Assembly (NCBI GenBank): GCA_013289095.1
Contig: JABDAO010000003.1
Span: 1,690-65,689, forward strand
Length of the DNA: 64,000 nucleotides
Origin: Bacteroidota bacterium
Lineage (GTDB): Bacteria > Bacteroidota > Bacteroidia > Palsa-965
Direction of reading: 5' to 3'
This document shows, piece after piece, positions 28,032 to 37,287 of this stretch. The notes below the pieces were generated by a model, which saw only the letters and a list, made by a program, of their open reading frames with translations, did not search any database and had not been told where the DNA came from. The position numbers and the translations under genes were made by a program. Positions within the stretch are counted from its first letter, which is position 1; each line of letters starts with the position of its first letter.

Positions 28032-29963
28032 ATGAATTTTAACACCCTGTTCCGTAAAAAAACAGTAGAAAACATCTTAAAACAGGTTGCCAAAGACGGA
28101 GCCGATCATCATGCCGCAGGTCTGACCAAGACCCTGGGGGTGAAAGATCTTACTGCATTTGGTATAGCCGCCATTATCGGGGCCGGTATCTTTAGTACCA
28201 TTGGTCAGGCCAGTTTCGACGGAGGCCCGGCCGTTATCTTCCTTTTTCTGTTTACTGCCATTGCCTGCGGTTTTGCCGCCTTTGCCTATGCCGAATTTTC
28301 GAGCATGGTGCCTGTATCGGGTAGCGCTTATACTTATTCGTATGTGGCTTTTGGTGAATTGATAGCCTGGATCATTGGCTGGGCCCTGATTATGGAATAT
28401 GGCATCGGTAACATTACCGTAGCCATCAGCTGGTCTGATTATTTTACCGGGCTCATCAACAGCAGCGGAGGCCATGTGCCTGCCTGGATGACCATGGATT
28501 ATCTCACGGCCAGCACAGGCTTTAGCGATGCGCAAGCCTTGATCCACAAAGGCATTCCGTTTGCCAAACTGAACGATGGCCTGCAGGCTGCTTATACTGC
28601 CTGGATGAGCGCCCCTACCCTGGGCGGGTTTCATTTTGTGGCCAATCTGCCGGCCCTGGGCATCATCATCTTTATCACCTGGCTGGTGTACAGAGGCATG
28701 AAGGAAAGCCGGAATGCGGCCAACCTCATGGTTGTCATCAAACTTTCGGTGGTGCTGCTCATCATTGCCATCGGTATTTTTTATGTCGATACCAAAAACT
28801 GGCACCCCTTTGCCCCCCACGGCATAGCCGGGATCCTGAAAGGGGTATCAGCCGTATTTTTTGCCTATATCGGGTTTGATGCCATCTCTACCACGGCCGA
28901 AGAATGCAAGGACCCTCAACGCGATTTGCCAAGAGGCATGATGTGGGCCATCATCATCTGTACGGTGCTTTATATAATCATTGCATTGGTGCTCACCGGT
29001 ATGGTGAAGTATGACAAGCTTGGCGTAGGCGATCCGCTTTCTTTTGTCTTCCAAAGTCTGAACATGAAATGGCTTTCGGGCATCATTGCCGTGAGCGCCG
29101 TAGTGGCCATGGCCAGCGTACTGCTTGTATTCCAGCTTGGGCAGCCCCGTATCTGGATGAGCATGAGCCGTGACGGGTTGCTGCCAAAGATCTTTTCGCG
29201 CATCCACCCCAAGTTTCATACCCCTTCGTTTGCCACCGTTGTTACCGGTTTTGTGGTGGCCATTCCCTGTTTGTTCATGAACCTGGTGATGGTGACCAAT
29301 CTGTGCAGCATCGGCACCCTGTTTGCCTTTGTACTTGTTTGTGCCGGTGTGCTCAAACTTCAGAACGACCCTACAGCGCCCAGGGGCAAATTCAAGACCC
29401 CCTATATCAATGCCAAATACATAGCCCCTGTGCTTGTCATTGCCAGCGTCATCTCGCTTTGGCACTGGAACCACGATGATATGGTTGATTTTTTCAAAGG
29501 CCGTACACTAAACACGCCCCAGGGTTTTGTAACCGTTGCTTCGCCCGATGAATTAAAAGGCATACAGGAGGCAGCCAAAACAAAGATCCTGCCCACCTTC
29601 CCGATTTCGCAAAGCAAGGACTCTACCCAGGCCCAGCTCGAGACCTTGCAGCCCGATCAGTTCAAGGCATTGCTCAAAGAATCGGCATACTCGGATGCCG
29701 CCAAGTACAAAGGCTTCTGGGATGCCACTACTGAAAACATACCGATGTGGATTTTTATCTTCATCTCCATTGCGCTTGCCGTCTGGTGTTACCGGTGCAG
29801 CCTGTCGCTCATCCCTGCCCTGGGCCTGATCAGCTGTTTGTATATGATGGCGGAGATCGAACTCAAAAACTGGATCGGGTTTGGAATCTGGCTGATCCTG
29901 GGCCTGGTTATTTATTTTACCTACAGCATCAAAAACAGCAAACTGAGGATACAGGCTGAATAA
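28032..29963 (+). CDS. Amino acid permease (APC superfamily, cationic amino acid transporter-like)
   Basis: 643 aa. N-terminal LTKTLGVKDLTAFGIAAIIGAGIF is typical of APC permeases. It has 12 or more TM segments, a soluble insertion near aa 470-560 and two extra C-terminal TMs. Confidence 0.85.
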   Translation: MNFNTLFRKKTVENILKQVAKDGADHHAAGLTKTLGVKDLTAFGIAAIIGAGIFSTIGQASFDGGPAVIFLFLFTAIACGFAAFAYAEFSSMVPVSGSAYTYSYVAFGELIAWIIGWALIMEYGIGNITVAISWSDYFTGLINSSGGHVPAWMTMDYLTASTGFSDAQALIHKGIPFAKLNDGLQAAYTAWMSAPTLGGFHFVANLPALGIIIFITWLVYRGMKESRNAANLMVVIKLSVVLLIIAIGIFYVDTKNWHPFAPHGIAGILKGVSAVFFAYIGFDAISTTAEECKDPQRDLPRGMMWAIIICTVLYIIIALVLTGMVKYDKLGVGDPLSFVFQSLNMKWLSGIIAVSAVVAMASVLLVFQLGQPRIWMSMSRDGLLPKIFSRIHPKFHTPSFATVVTGFVVAIPCLFMNLVMVTNLCSIGTLFAFVLVCAGVLKLQNDPTAPRGKFKTPYINAKYIAPVLVIASVISLWHWNHDDMVDFFKGRTLNTPQGFVTVASPDELKGIQEAAKTKILPTFPISQSKDSTQAQLETLQPDQFKALLKESAYSDAAKYKGFWDATTENIPMWIFIFISIALAVWCYRCSLSLIPALGLISCLYMMAEIELKNWIGFGIWLILGLVIYFTYSIKNSKLRIQAE

Positions 29964-30026
29964 TCTGGATTGATCTGCAAAGAGCCAATCCCGGCCTGGG
30001 TGCATTTTGACAAAACAAACAAAACC

Positions 30027-30785
30027 ATGATTGTATTCATCACAGGGGCCACAGCAGGATTCGGGAAAGCCACAGCCCAACTCTTTGCCCGCAACAAATA
30101 CAATGTCATCATTACCGGCCGGCGCCGTGAACGTCTGGAGGCATTGGCTGCTGAACTCCATGCAAACCATCAGATCGAAGTCCTTACGCTTTGCTTTGAT
30201 GTCAGACATTCGGATGAAGTAAAAAAGGCCATTGATTCCATACCCGAAAAATGGAGAGCCATTGATATACTGGTTAACAACGCAGGTCTTGCCGTTGGCG
30301 TCAACCCCATTCAGGAGGGTGTTATCGACGATTGGGACCGCATGATTGACACCAATGTAAAAGGACTGCTCTATATGACCCGCAACATTGCCCCCCTGAT
30401 GATAGGTAACGGCAAAGGACATATCATCAATATCGGGTCTATTGCCGGCAAGGAAGTTTACGCCAACGGCAATGTATACTGTGCCAGCAAATATGCCGTC
30501 GATGCACTGAACAAAAGCATGCGCATTGATTTGTTGCCTTATGGAATACGGGTTACCTCCATCAGTCCGGGTCTGGCCGAAACAGAGTTTTCGATCGTGC
30601 GTTTTAAGGGAGATGCAGAGCGGGCAAAAAATGTGTATAAAGGAATTGACCCGCTTACGGCTGTGGATATTGCCGATGCCATCTACTGGGCTGCAACACG
30701 CCCTGCCCATGTAAACATCCTCGATATTGTGATGACCGCCGGGGCTCAGGCAAATACAACAACGTTCATCCGAAAGAATGCCTAG
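30027..30785 (+). CDS. Short-chain dehydrogenase/reductase (YdfG-like NADP-dependent)
   Basis: Start at the ATG at 30027. MIVFITGATAGFGKA (TGxxxGxG), NNAG, and the catalytic YCASKYAV (YxxxK). Confidence 0.88.
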   Translation: MIVFITGATAGFGKATAQLFARNKYNVIITGRRRERLEALAAELHANHQIEVLTLCFDVRHSDEVKKAIDSIPEKWRAIDILVNNAGLAVGVNPIQEGVIDDWDRMIDTNVKGLLYMTRNIAPLMIGNGKGHIINIGSIAGKEVYANGNVYCASKYAVDALNKSMRIDLLPYGIRVTSISPGLAETEFSIVRFKGDAERAKNVYKGIDPLTAVDIADAIYWAATRPAHVNILDIVMTAGAQANTTTFIRKNA

Positions 30786-30824
30786 GCGGATGCACTTGCA
30801 AGAACGAATTTTGATCAGCTGCTC

Positions 30825-31934
30825 ATGAAACTATTCATCGATCCCGATATCCGTAAAGCCTCTACCCTGCCTTCTGAGTTCTATCTTTCTGTTGATTCCT
30901 TCAAGACATCAGCCGATCTGATCTTCGCCAGGACCTGGCAGATCCTTGCTGATACCGATGAGCTTAAGCTTGCAGGAGCCCTCGTACCCAAAACAATGCT
31001 GCCAGGTTTTGTAGACGAACCCCTCGTCTTTACGCGCGACAAACAAGACAACATCCGCTGCCTCTCGAACGTATGTACACACCGCGGAAACCTGTTGATT
31101 GAACACCCCTGCACCGATACCCAGATCAGATGCAGGTATCACGGGCGCAGGTTTGAGCTGGATGGCACCTTTAAACACATGCCCGAATTTGATCAGGCCG
31201 AATGTTTTCCAACAAAAAAAGACAACCTGCCCAAAGTTGCCACGGGGGCCTGGGACCGCTTTTTGTTTGCATCCATCAACCCTGCCTGCCCGCTCGATGA
31301 ACTGATCGGAGAAATGAAAAAGCGGCTCTCGTTTCTTCCGTTAAATGAATTCAAACATACCCCCGAACACTCCCGCGACTATCTGGTAAAGGCAAACTGG
31401 GCGCTTTACTGCGAGAATTACCTCGAAGGGTTTCACATCCCTTTTGTGCACGAATCGCTCAACAACATCATCGATTACAATACCTATACAACTGAATTAT
31501 ACCGCTATTCAAGCCTGCAGCTTGCCCTTTCAAAAGGAGGTGAACCCGTGTTTGAGCTCCCGAAAAATTCGCCCGATTATGGCAAAGAGGTGATTGCGTA
31601 TTACTATTGGGTTTTCCCAAATATGATGTTCAATTTTTATCCCTGGGGTTTATCACTAAATATCATCCGCCCGATCGGGCCCGCTCTTACCAAGGTTTCG
31701 TTCATGACCTATATCTGGGACCAGGCCAAATTCGACTCCGGATCGGGCGATATGCTTGACAAGGTAGAGCGTGAAGATGAGGCAGTGGTCGAAAATGTTC
31801 AACGCGGGATCCGCTCCCGGCTGTATGAAAATGGCCGGTACTCGCCCACCCGCGAAACGGGCACACATCATTTTCACCGGCTGATTGCAGCGTTTATGAA
31901 TACGCCCGTTCAGGATTCAACCCCGGCCGGTTGA
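30825..31934 (+). CDS. Rieske [2Fe-2S] aromatic-ring-hydroxylating oxygenase alpha-subunit-like protein
   Basis: 369 aa. Rieske ligands CTHRG ... CRYHGRRF. The C-terminal catalytic domain carries NYLEGFHIPFVH. Confidence 0.8.
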   Translation: MKLFIDPDIRKASTLPSEFYLSVDSFKTSADLIFARTWQILADTDELKLAGALVPKTMLPGFVDEPLVFTRDKQDNIRCLSNVCTHRGNLLIEHPCTDTQIRCRYHGRRFELDGTFKHMPEFDQAECFPTKKDNLPKVATGAWDRFLFASINPACPLDELIGEMKKRLSFLPLNEFKHTPEHSRDYLVKANWALYCENYLEGFHIPFVHESLNNIIDYNTYTTELYRYSSLQLALSKGGEPVFELPKNSPDYGKEVIAYYYWVFPNMMFNFYPWGLSLNIIRPIGPALTKVSFMTYIWDQAKFDSGSGDMLDKVEREDEAVVENVQRGIRSRLYENGRYSPTRETGTHHFHRLIAAFMNTPVQDSTPAG

Positions 31935-31955
31935 TGTCAGAAACACCCTTTAACC

Positions 31956-33710
31956 ATGAAACATATTTTACTTTTCTGTTTGCCTCTGCTGATTTATTCC
32001 TGTTCTACCCGCCAGAAGACAAAGGCTGATCTGATCGTTCACAATGCAGTGATTTATACCGTCGATCAGAAATTCAACACGGCTCAGTGTCTGGTTGTAA
32101 AAGATGGAAAAATTATGGCCGTAGGGAAAGATGATTCCATTCTCTCCCGGTTTGATGCCACCCAGGTTGTGGATGCAAACGGAAGCGCCATCGTACCGGG
32201 CTTTATTGATGCACATTGTCATTTTTATGAGTATGGAAGAAGCCTGGAAGAAGTAGATCTGGTCGGTACGCATTCGTTTAATGAAGTCATAACCCGTATT
32301 CGGGGTTTTGTAAAAGACCATCCCGATCTGCTTACCGATAAAAACGGAAAAAGCAACTGGATCATGGGCCATGGCTGGGATCAAAACAATTGGCCGAGCA
32401 AGGAATTCCCCGAACGTAAAGCGCTCGATTCGCTCTTCCCACACACACCTGTTTATCTCAGCCGCATTGATGGGCATGCCGCACTGGTCAATGGCGAAGC
32501 ATTCAGACAGGCGGGAGTAAACGAGTGGAAAATTGTTGAAGGAGGAAGCATAAAGCTACGTGGCCGGTGGAAAGATGTACGGTGTGAGGATTTAATACAA
32601 CCCGCAAAAGTGGAGTTTGAATTTTTATCGGGAGTGCTGGTTGACAATGCAATGAACCTGGTAAACAAGGTACTGCTACATCCTTCAAAAACAGATATGA
32701 AAAAGGCATTGCTTGATGCCCAGCGTAACTGTCTTGCCGTAGGTTTGACAACAGTTGATGATGCCGGTCTGGAGAAAGAAGTGGTCGACCTGATGGACCA
32801 GCTCCAAAAAGATGGGGAATTAAAGATGCGGGTCTATGCCATGCTCACCCCAAACGCCGAAAATCTGGGGTATTACCTGACCCACGGGCTTTATAAAACA
32901 GAACGGATGAACATACGCTCATTCAAGTTTTATGCCGATGGGGCCCTGGGCTCCAGAGGGGCCTGTCTGCTCAAACCCTATACCGACAAACCCGATCAAC
33001 AGGGCTTTCTGTTAAACAAACCCGAGTATTACCGGAAGATGGCCGTTGAAATGTTCCGCAAAGGATTTCAGATGAACACCCATTGTATCGGCGATTCGGC
33101 TGTACGCCTCCTCCTCCATGTGTACGACGAGATCTTTAAAGATTATGTGCAAAAAGGCGGACATCTGCACCTGAACCCACGCTGGAGGATAGAACATTTT
33201 CAGGTGACTACCGCAGCAGACATCGCCCTCCTGAGAAGCTACGGCAGACAGCAGATTTCGCCCATTCCTTCGGTACAACCTACCCATGCCACCTCAGATA
33301 TGTCGTGGGCAGGATCAAGACTGGGCAAAGAAAGACTGAAATATGCCTATGCCTATAAAGACCTGAAAGATGCCGCCGGGATGGTTGCACTGGGAACAGA
33401 TTTCCCGGTTGAAAACATCAGCCCTTTCAAAACATTTTATGCAGCGGTGAACCGTACCGACAGCACAGGTTCGCCAGCCGGAGGGTTTCAACCCGAGAAT
33501 GCCCTGAGCCGTGAAGATGCCCTCCGCGGAATGACCATCTGGGCTGCCTATGCCAATTTTGAGGAAAAAGAAAAAGGCAGCCTCGAACCCGGAAAATACG
33601 CTGATTTTGTGATACTGAGTGCAGACCTCATGAAAACAAACGCCGCCGGTCTGCCTGCAATCTCTGCAATGGCCACCTATATCAATGGCGAAAAGGTTTT
33701 CGGGAAATGA
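31956..33710 (+). CDS. Amidohydrolase-family metal-dependent hydrolase (YtcJ-like), lipoprotein
   Basis: 584 aa. Signal LLIYSCS, GFIDAHCHF (HxH metal site), downstream H/D ligands (NTHCIGD, IEHFQ, GTDFP). Confidence 0.85.
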   Translation: MKHILLFCLPLLIYSCSTRQKTKADLIVHNAVIYTVDQKFNTAQCLVVKDGKIMAVGKDDSILSRFDATQVVDANGSAIVPGFIDAHCHFYEYGRSLEEVDLVGTHSFNEVITRIRGFVKDHPDLLTDKNGKSNWIMGHGWDQNNWPSKEFPERKALDSLFPHTPVYLSRIDGHAALVNGEAFRQAGVNEWKIVEGGSIKLRGRWKDVRCEDLIQPAKVEFEFLSGVLVDNAMNLVNKVLLHPSKTDMKKALLDAQRNCLAVGLTTVDDAGLEKEVVDLMDQLQKDGELKMRVYAMLTPNAENLGYYLTHGLYKTERMNIRSFKFYADGALGSRGACLLKPYTDKPDQQGFLLNKPEYYRKMAVEMFRKGFQMNTHCIGDSAVRLLLHVYDEIFKDYVQKGGHLHLNPRWRIEHFQVTTAADIALLRSYGRQQISPIPSVQPTHATSDMSWAGSRLGKERLKYAYAYKDLKDAAGMVALGTDFPVENISPFKTFYAAVNRTDSTGSPAGGFQPENALSREDALRGMTIWAAYANFEEKEKGSLEPGKYADFVILSADLMKTNAAGLPAISAMATYINGEKVFGK

Positions 33711-33818
33711 GGTGATCAGGGGTCTTGAACCTTAAAGGGATAGCCAGATTATCCGGCATTCTCCTCCCAAAACACACAACGTATGTTCTTTTTCACGACA
33801 TTCGTGCAAGTGATCAAT

Positions 33819-34562
33819 ATGCTCCGAACTTATTCACGTAACCTGGTCCTTCAGTTTCTCTTTGTGCTTCTGAGTAGCACAAGCTTTGCCCAGTTCGACA
33901 AACCCGGGGTGCTACACAAGATTAAGTATCAGCTCTCGGTACTGGGTGTGGTGAGCGCCTATATAAACGATTACAGGGTTACTACCAACACCTCCTCTGG
34001 GCCAGGTATTGGCGCCAACTTCAAAGCCGAAATTCCGCTGGTCAAAGGCATCAAGTTTATGCCCGGCATAGAAGCCCTTGCGCAAGGCGTCAGCTTCGAT
34101 TCTTATTATTTCTCTCCCGGGTATTCTCAAGTGTTCGATGGGAATTATAGCTATCACCATGAGATCCGGACTTCTGAACTGGGTCTTCCCCTGCTGTTTA
34201 AAATCAACATGCTCCTCAAGGAGGAGGTTTTGGCAAACAACATCTACTTCACCGTTGGCTGGGAACCCAAATACAACCTCAATGCCCATACCACCATTAC
34301 CAAGGATGCCGACGGAAGCCTGCTCTACGACGGCAAAATAGACCTTCCGTACGAAAATTATTTTATTTCATCCGAAATCGGAAACTATGTGGTTGGAGGA
34401 ATAGGCTACAACCACAATTTCCTTCCCGGAAAACATTCAGTAGTCTTTGATCTCACCTACCGGTATGGGCTATCTCGTTATGTGTATACAGGGTATGACA
34501 ATAGTAATTACATTCTCTTTAAAAACACCAACATCAGTATCAGCATTGGTTATCGTTTCTGA
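33819..34562 (+). CDS. Putative outer-membrane beta-barrel protein
   Basis: Start at the ATG at 33819 (MLRTYSRNLVLQFLFVLLSSTSFAQ). Alternating hydrophobic beta-strand pattern, with the C-terminus ending ISISIGYRF. Confidence 0.5.
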   Translation: MLRTYSRNLVLQFLFVLLSSTSFAQFDKPGVLHKIKYQLSVLGVVSAYINDYRVTTNTSSGPGIGANFKAEIPLVKGIKFMPGIEALAQGVSFDSYYFSPGYSQVFDGNYSYHHEIRTSELGLPLLFKINMLLKEEVLANNIYFTVGWEPKYNLNAHTTITKDADGSLLYDGKIDLPYENYFISSEIGNYVVGGIGYNHNFLPGKHSVVFDLTYRYGLSRYVYTGYDNSNYILFKNTNISISIGYRF

Positions 34563-34707
34563 GCGGCCAGGAACTGATATTTTATCCAATCACACACTTC
34601 GGGCTTCATAGCCGCGAGATCAAGCTTTCCGTTGAAATCTTTTGAGAAATGTTGCCCTCATCAACAGAATATCCACCTAACTTGCTGATCCTTAACAACC
34701 CCTTCTC

Positions 34708-36786
34708 ATGAACTATCGTTTGCCCCTTTTTCTCCCATTCACATTCCTCGTTCTAAACGGTAACATTGCGCTAAAGGCACAGGAAATTAAGTTGACAAGC
34801 GCCAATCCAATCGTCGTTAACTACAACGAAGTGGTTGATTTTGCCAGACTGTCGGCCCGCAATATAAAGGAGGCATCAACCTGGTATATTGAGGAAGCAA
34901 AAGCATCAGACAAGCGGATCAATTCACTGAACGATTCAAAACGCACCTTTGAGAACACCATAGCAGATCTTGAACAGGCACGTACACTGCTTGATCAGGC
35001 AGCCTCCGTCTACGAAGTTATTTCAAGCGCTTCACCCGACAAAGCAATACGCGATGCGGCCACTGCAGCCTCACAGGATATTTCTGATTTTCAAACCCAA
35101 CAGAACCTCGATGAATCATTATACAAGGCAGTAAAAGCCTATGCACAAAGCCCGGCGGCCAAGAACCTTATCGGAGAACGCAACTACTATCTCAAAAAAA
35201 TAATCACGGAATACGAGCGTAACGGGTTTGCCCTGACTCCTGACAAACGTGATACACTCAAAAAAATAAACAACCAGATCCAGGAACTGAGCATACACTT
35301 TGGAAGGAACATCGCTCAGGACAATCCCACGCTTACGTTAACAGAATCTGAAATGAATGGAGTGCCTGCTGATATCCGTAAAGCCACACAACAAACCGAT
35401 GGATCTTACAAGATCAATGTCAGCAACCCCATTTATATCCCCTTCATGAGTTATGCAAAGAATGCCGAGGCACGCAAACGCGTCTATTTACTCAAGATGA
35501 ATGTGGCAGCCCCCCAAAACGAGACGCTGCTCGCTGAGATACTCAGGCTCCGTGCAAAGAAAGCTACCCTCTTAGGACATGAGACTTACGCCGACTATGC
35601 CACCGCAAGCATCATGTCTAAAAACAAGAAAGCCGTATGGGATTTTGAAAACAATCTAAAAACAGAGCTTCGTCCAAAAATCCTCTCCGAATACAAAGAA
35701 CTGCTCGATTTAAAAAGCGCGGAAACCGGGAAAAAAGAATTCGTAATCTTCCCGTATGATGTTTCCTATTACACCACAAAACTGCTCGACGAAAAGTACA
35801 AGGTTGATGAGGATAAGGTAAAAGAATATTTTGAGCTCCAAAATGTGATCAAGGGACTGTTTGCCGTGTATCAGCGCATCTACAACCTCACTTTTACAGA
35901 AGACAAACACCCCAGCGTATGGCACCCGGATGTGCAGGCTTTCAGCGTGACAGACAATGCTACGCAGAAACTGATCGGTTATTTCTATCTCGATTTATAC
36001 CCGCGCGACAACAAGTACAAACACGCTGCTTGTTTCCCCATTACAGCTGCCCGCACAACTGCAGCGGGAAGACACCTTGCCTCTGCTACCTTGATCTGTA
36101 ACTTCCCCAAGCCTACGGCCGATCAGCCTTCGCTCATGCCACATTCAGAAGTGCAGACCCTCTTCCACGAGTTTGGGCACCTGATGCACGCCATGGTGAG
36201 TGAAACCGAACTCGGACAACTTTCGGGCACCAATGTAGTCACCGATTTTGTAGAAGCCCCCTCACAGATTATGGAAAACTGGGTATGGAACAAACAAGTG
36301 CTCTCCTTGTTTGCCAAACATTACAAAACCGGTGAAATGATCCCTTCCGAGCTGTTGGACAAAATGATCGCTTCAAAAAACGCAACGTCGGGTCTTCTCA
36401 CCTTGCAACAGATATTTTATGGAAGCTTTGATTTCACCTTGAATGATGGATTCAAGATCAGTGATGAACAGAGTGTTTCAAACCTCGTAAAACAAATCCA
36501 GAACAGTACTACGCTATACCCCTATGTGGATGGAGCCCATTTCGAATGTAATTTCGGTCACCTGACAGGTTATGGCTCTCAGTATTATGGATACCTCTGG
36601 TCGCTTGTCTACGCCCAGGACATGTTTTCGGTATTTGCCGGCGATCCGCTTTCGGCCGAAACAGGAAACAGGTTCAGACGTACCGTACTGGCCAAAGGAG
36701 GAAGCGATGATGCAATCAACCTGGTAAAAAACTTTTTAGGGAGAGAACCGGATGACAAGGCGTTCCTGAAAAATTTGGGATTATAA
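34708..36786 (+). CDS. M3-family zinc metallopeptidase (oligopeptidase A / Dcp / thimet-like)
   Basis: 692 aa with a signal peptide. HEFGHLMH (HExxH) followed by a downstream EAPSQ block. Confidence 0.88.
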   Translation: MNYRLPLFLPFTFLVLNGNIALKAQEIKLTSANPIVVNYNEVVDFARLSARNIKEASTWYIEEAKASDKRINSLNDSKRTFENTIADLEQARTLLDQAASVYEVISSASPDKAIRDAATAASQDISDFQTQQNLDESLYKAVKAYAQSPAAKNLIGERNYYLKKIITEYERNGFALTPDKRDTLKKINNQIQELSIHFGRNIAQDNPTLTLTESEMNGVPADIRKATQQTDGSYKINVSNPIYIPFMSYAKNAEARKRVYLLKMNVAAPQNETLLAEILRLRAKKATLLGHETYADYATASIMSKNKKAVWDFENNLKTELRPKILSEYKELLDLKSAETGKKEFVIFPYDVSYYTTKLLDEKYKVDEDKVKEYFELQNVIKGLFAVYQRIYNLTFTEDKHPSVWHPDVQAFSVTDNATQKLIGYFYLDLYPRDNKYKHAACFPITAARTTAAGRHLASATLICNFPKPTADQPSLMPHSEVQTLFHEFGHLMHAMVSETELGQLSGTNVVTDFVEAPSQIMENWVWNKQVLSLFAKHYKTGEMIPSELLDKMIASKNATSGLLTLQQIFYGSFDFTLNDGFKISDEQSVSNLVKQIQNSTTLYPYVDGAHFECNFGHLTGYGSQYYGYLWSLVYAQDMFSVFAGDPLSAETGNRFRRTVLAKGGSDDAINLVKNFLGREPDDKAFLKNLGL

Positions 36787-36818
36787 AAAATCCGTATTCG
36801 TTCAAACAGCGTGATCGC

Positions 36819-37172
36819 ATGAATGCATGTAGGACTACTATTCTTTTCGTCTCGATGCTTACTCTTTCGGGTTGTGATTATCGAACAAAATTTAACGAAG
36901 AAGAGTGGAAATTCGAAGGAGATGGCTTTACGCCTTACCGCCAGGACATGTTATCCGACCTCGTGATGAATCACAGATTAGTTGGACTAACCTATTCAGA
37001 ATTAATCACCCTTCTCGGACCGACACCACCCGGTGACGAGGGCGGTATAGTCTCCTACCAGGTGTCCATCCATTATGCCGGAATAGACCCTGATTATGGG
37101 GTGTATCTAAGGTTCACCTACACCCGTGATTCAGTAATTACATCCTGCAAAATCGATGACTGGCATAAATGA
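36819..37172 (+). CDS. Small hypothetical lipoprotein
   Basis: 117 aa. Lipobox MLTLSGCDY. No family was recognised. Confidence 0.5.
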   Translation: MNACRTTILFVSMLTLSGCDYRTKFNEEEWKFEGDGFTPYRQDMLSDLVMNHRLVGLTYSELITLLGPTPPGDEGGIVSYQVSIHYAGIDPDYGVYLRFTYTRDSVITSCKIDDWHK

Positions 37173-37287
37173 CGGTTATTTAGAATCCATCTGAAGAATC
37201 TATTCCCTTCAATCCTTCGAGCCTCTTCTCTGCCCGACTGCCCGAGGGAGGAGATACGGGGGAGGTTCGTATTGAAAAAACAAGTCC

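Noticed and set aside
29553-30710. 385-aa ORF on the - strand spanning the permease/SDR junction.
   Set aside because: It is antisense to two well-supported + strand genes and crosses their intergenic gap. No motifs were recognised.
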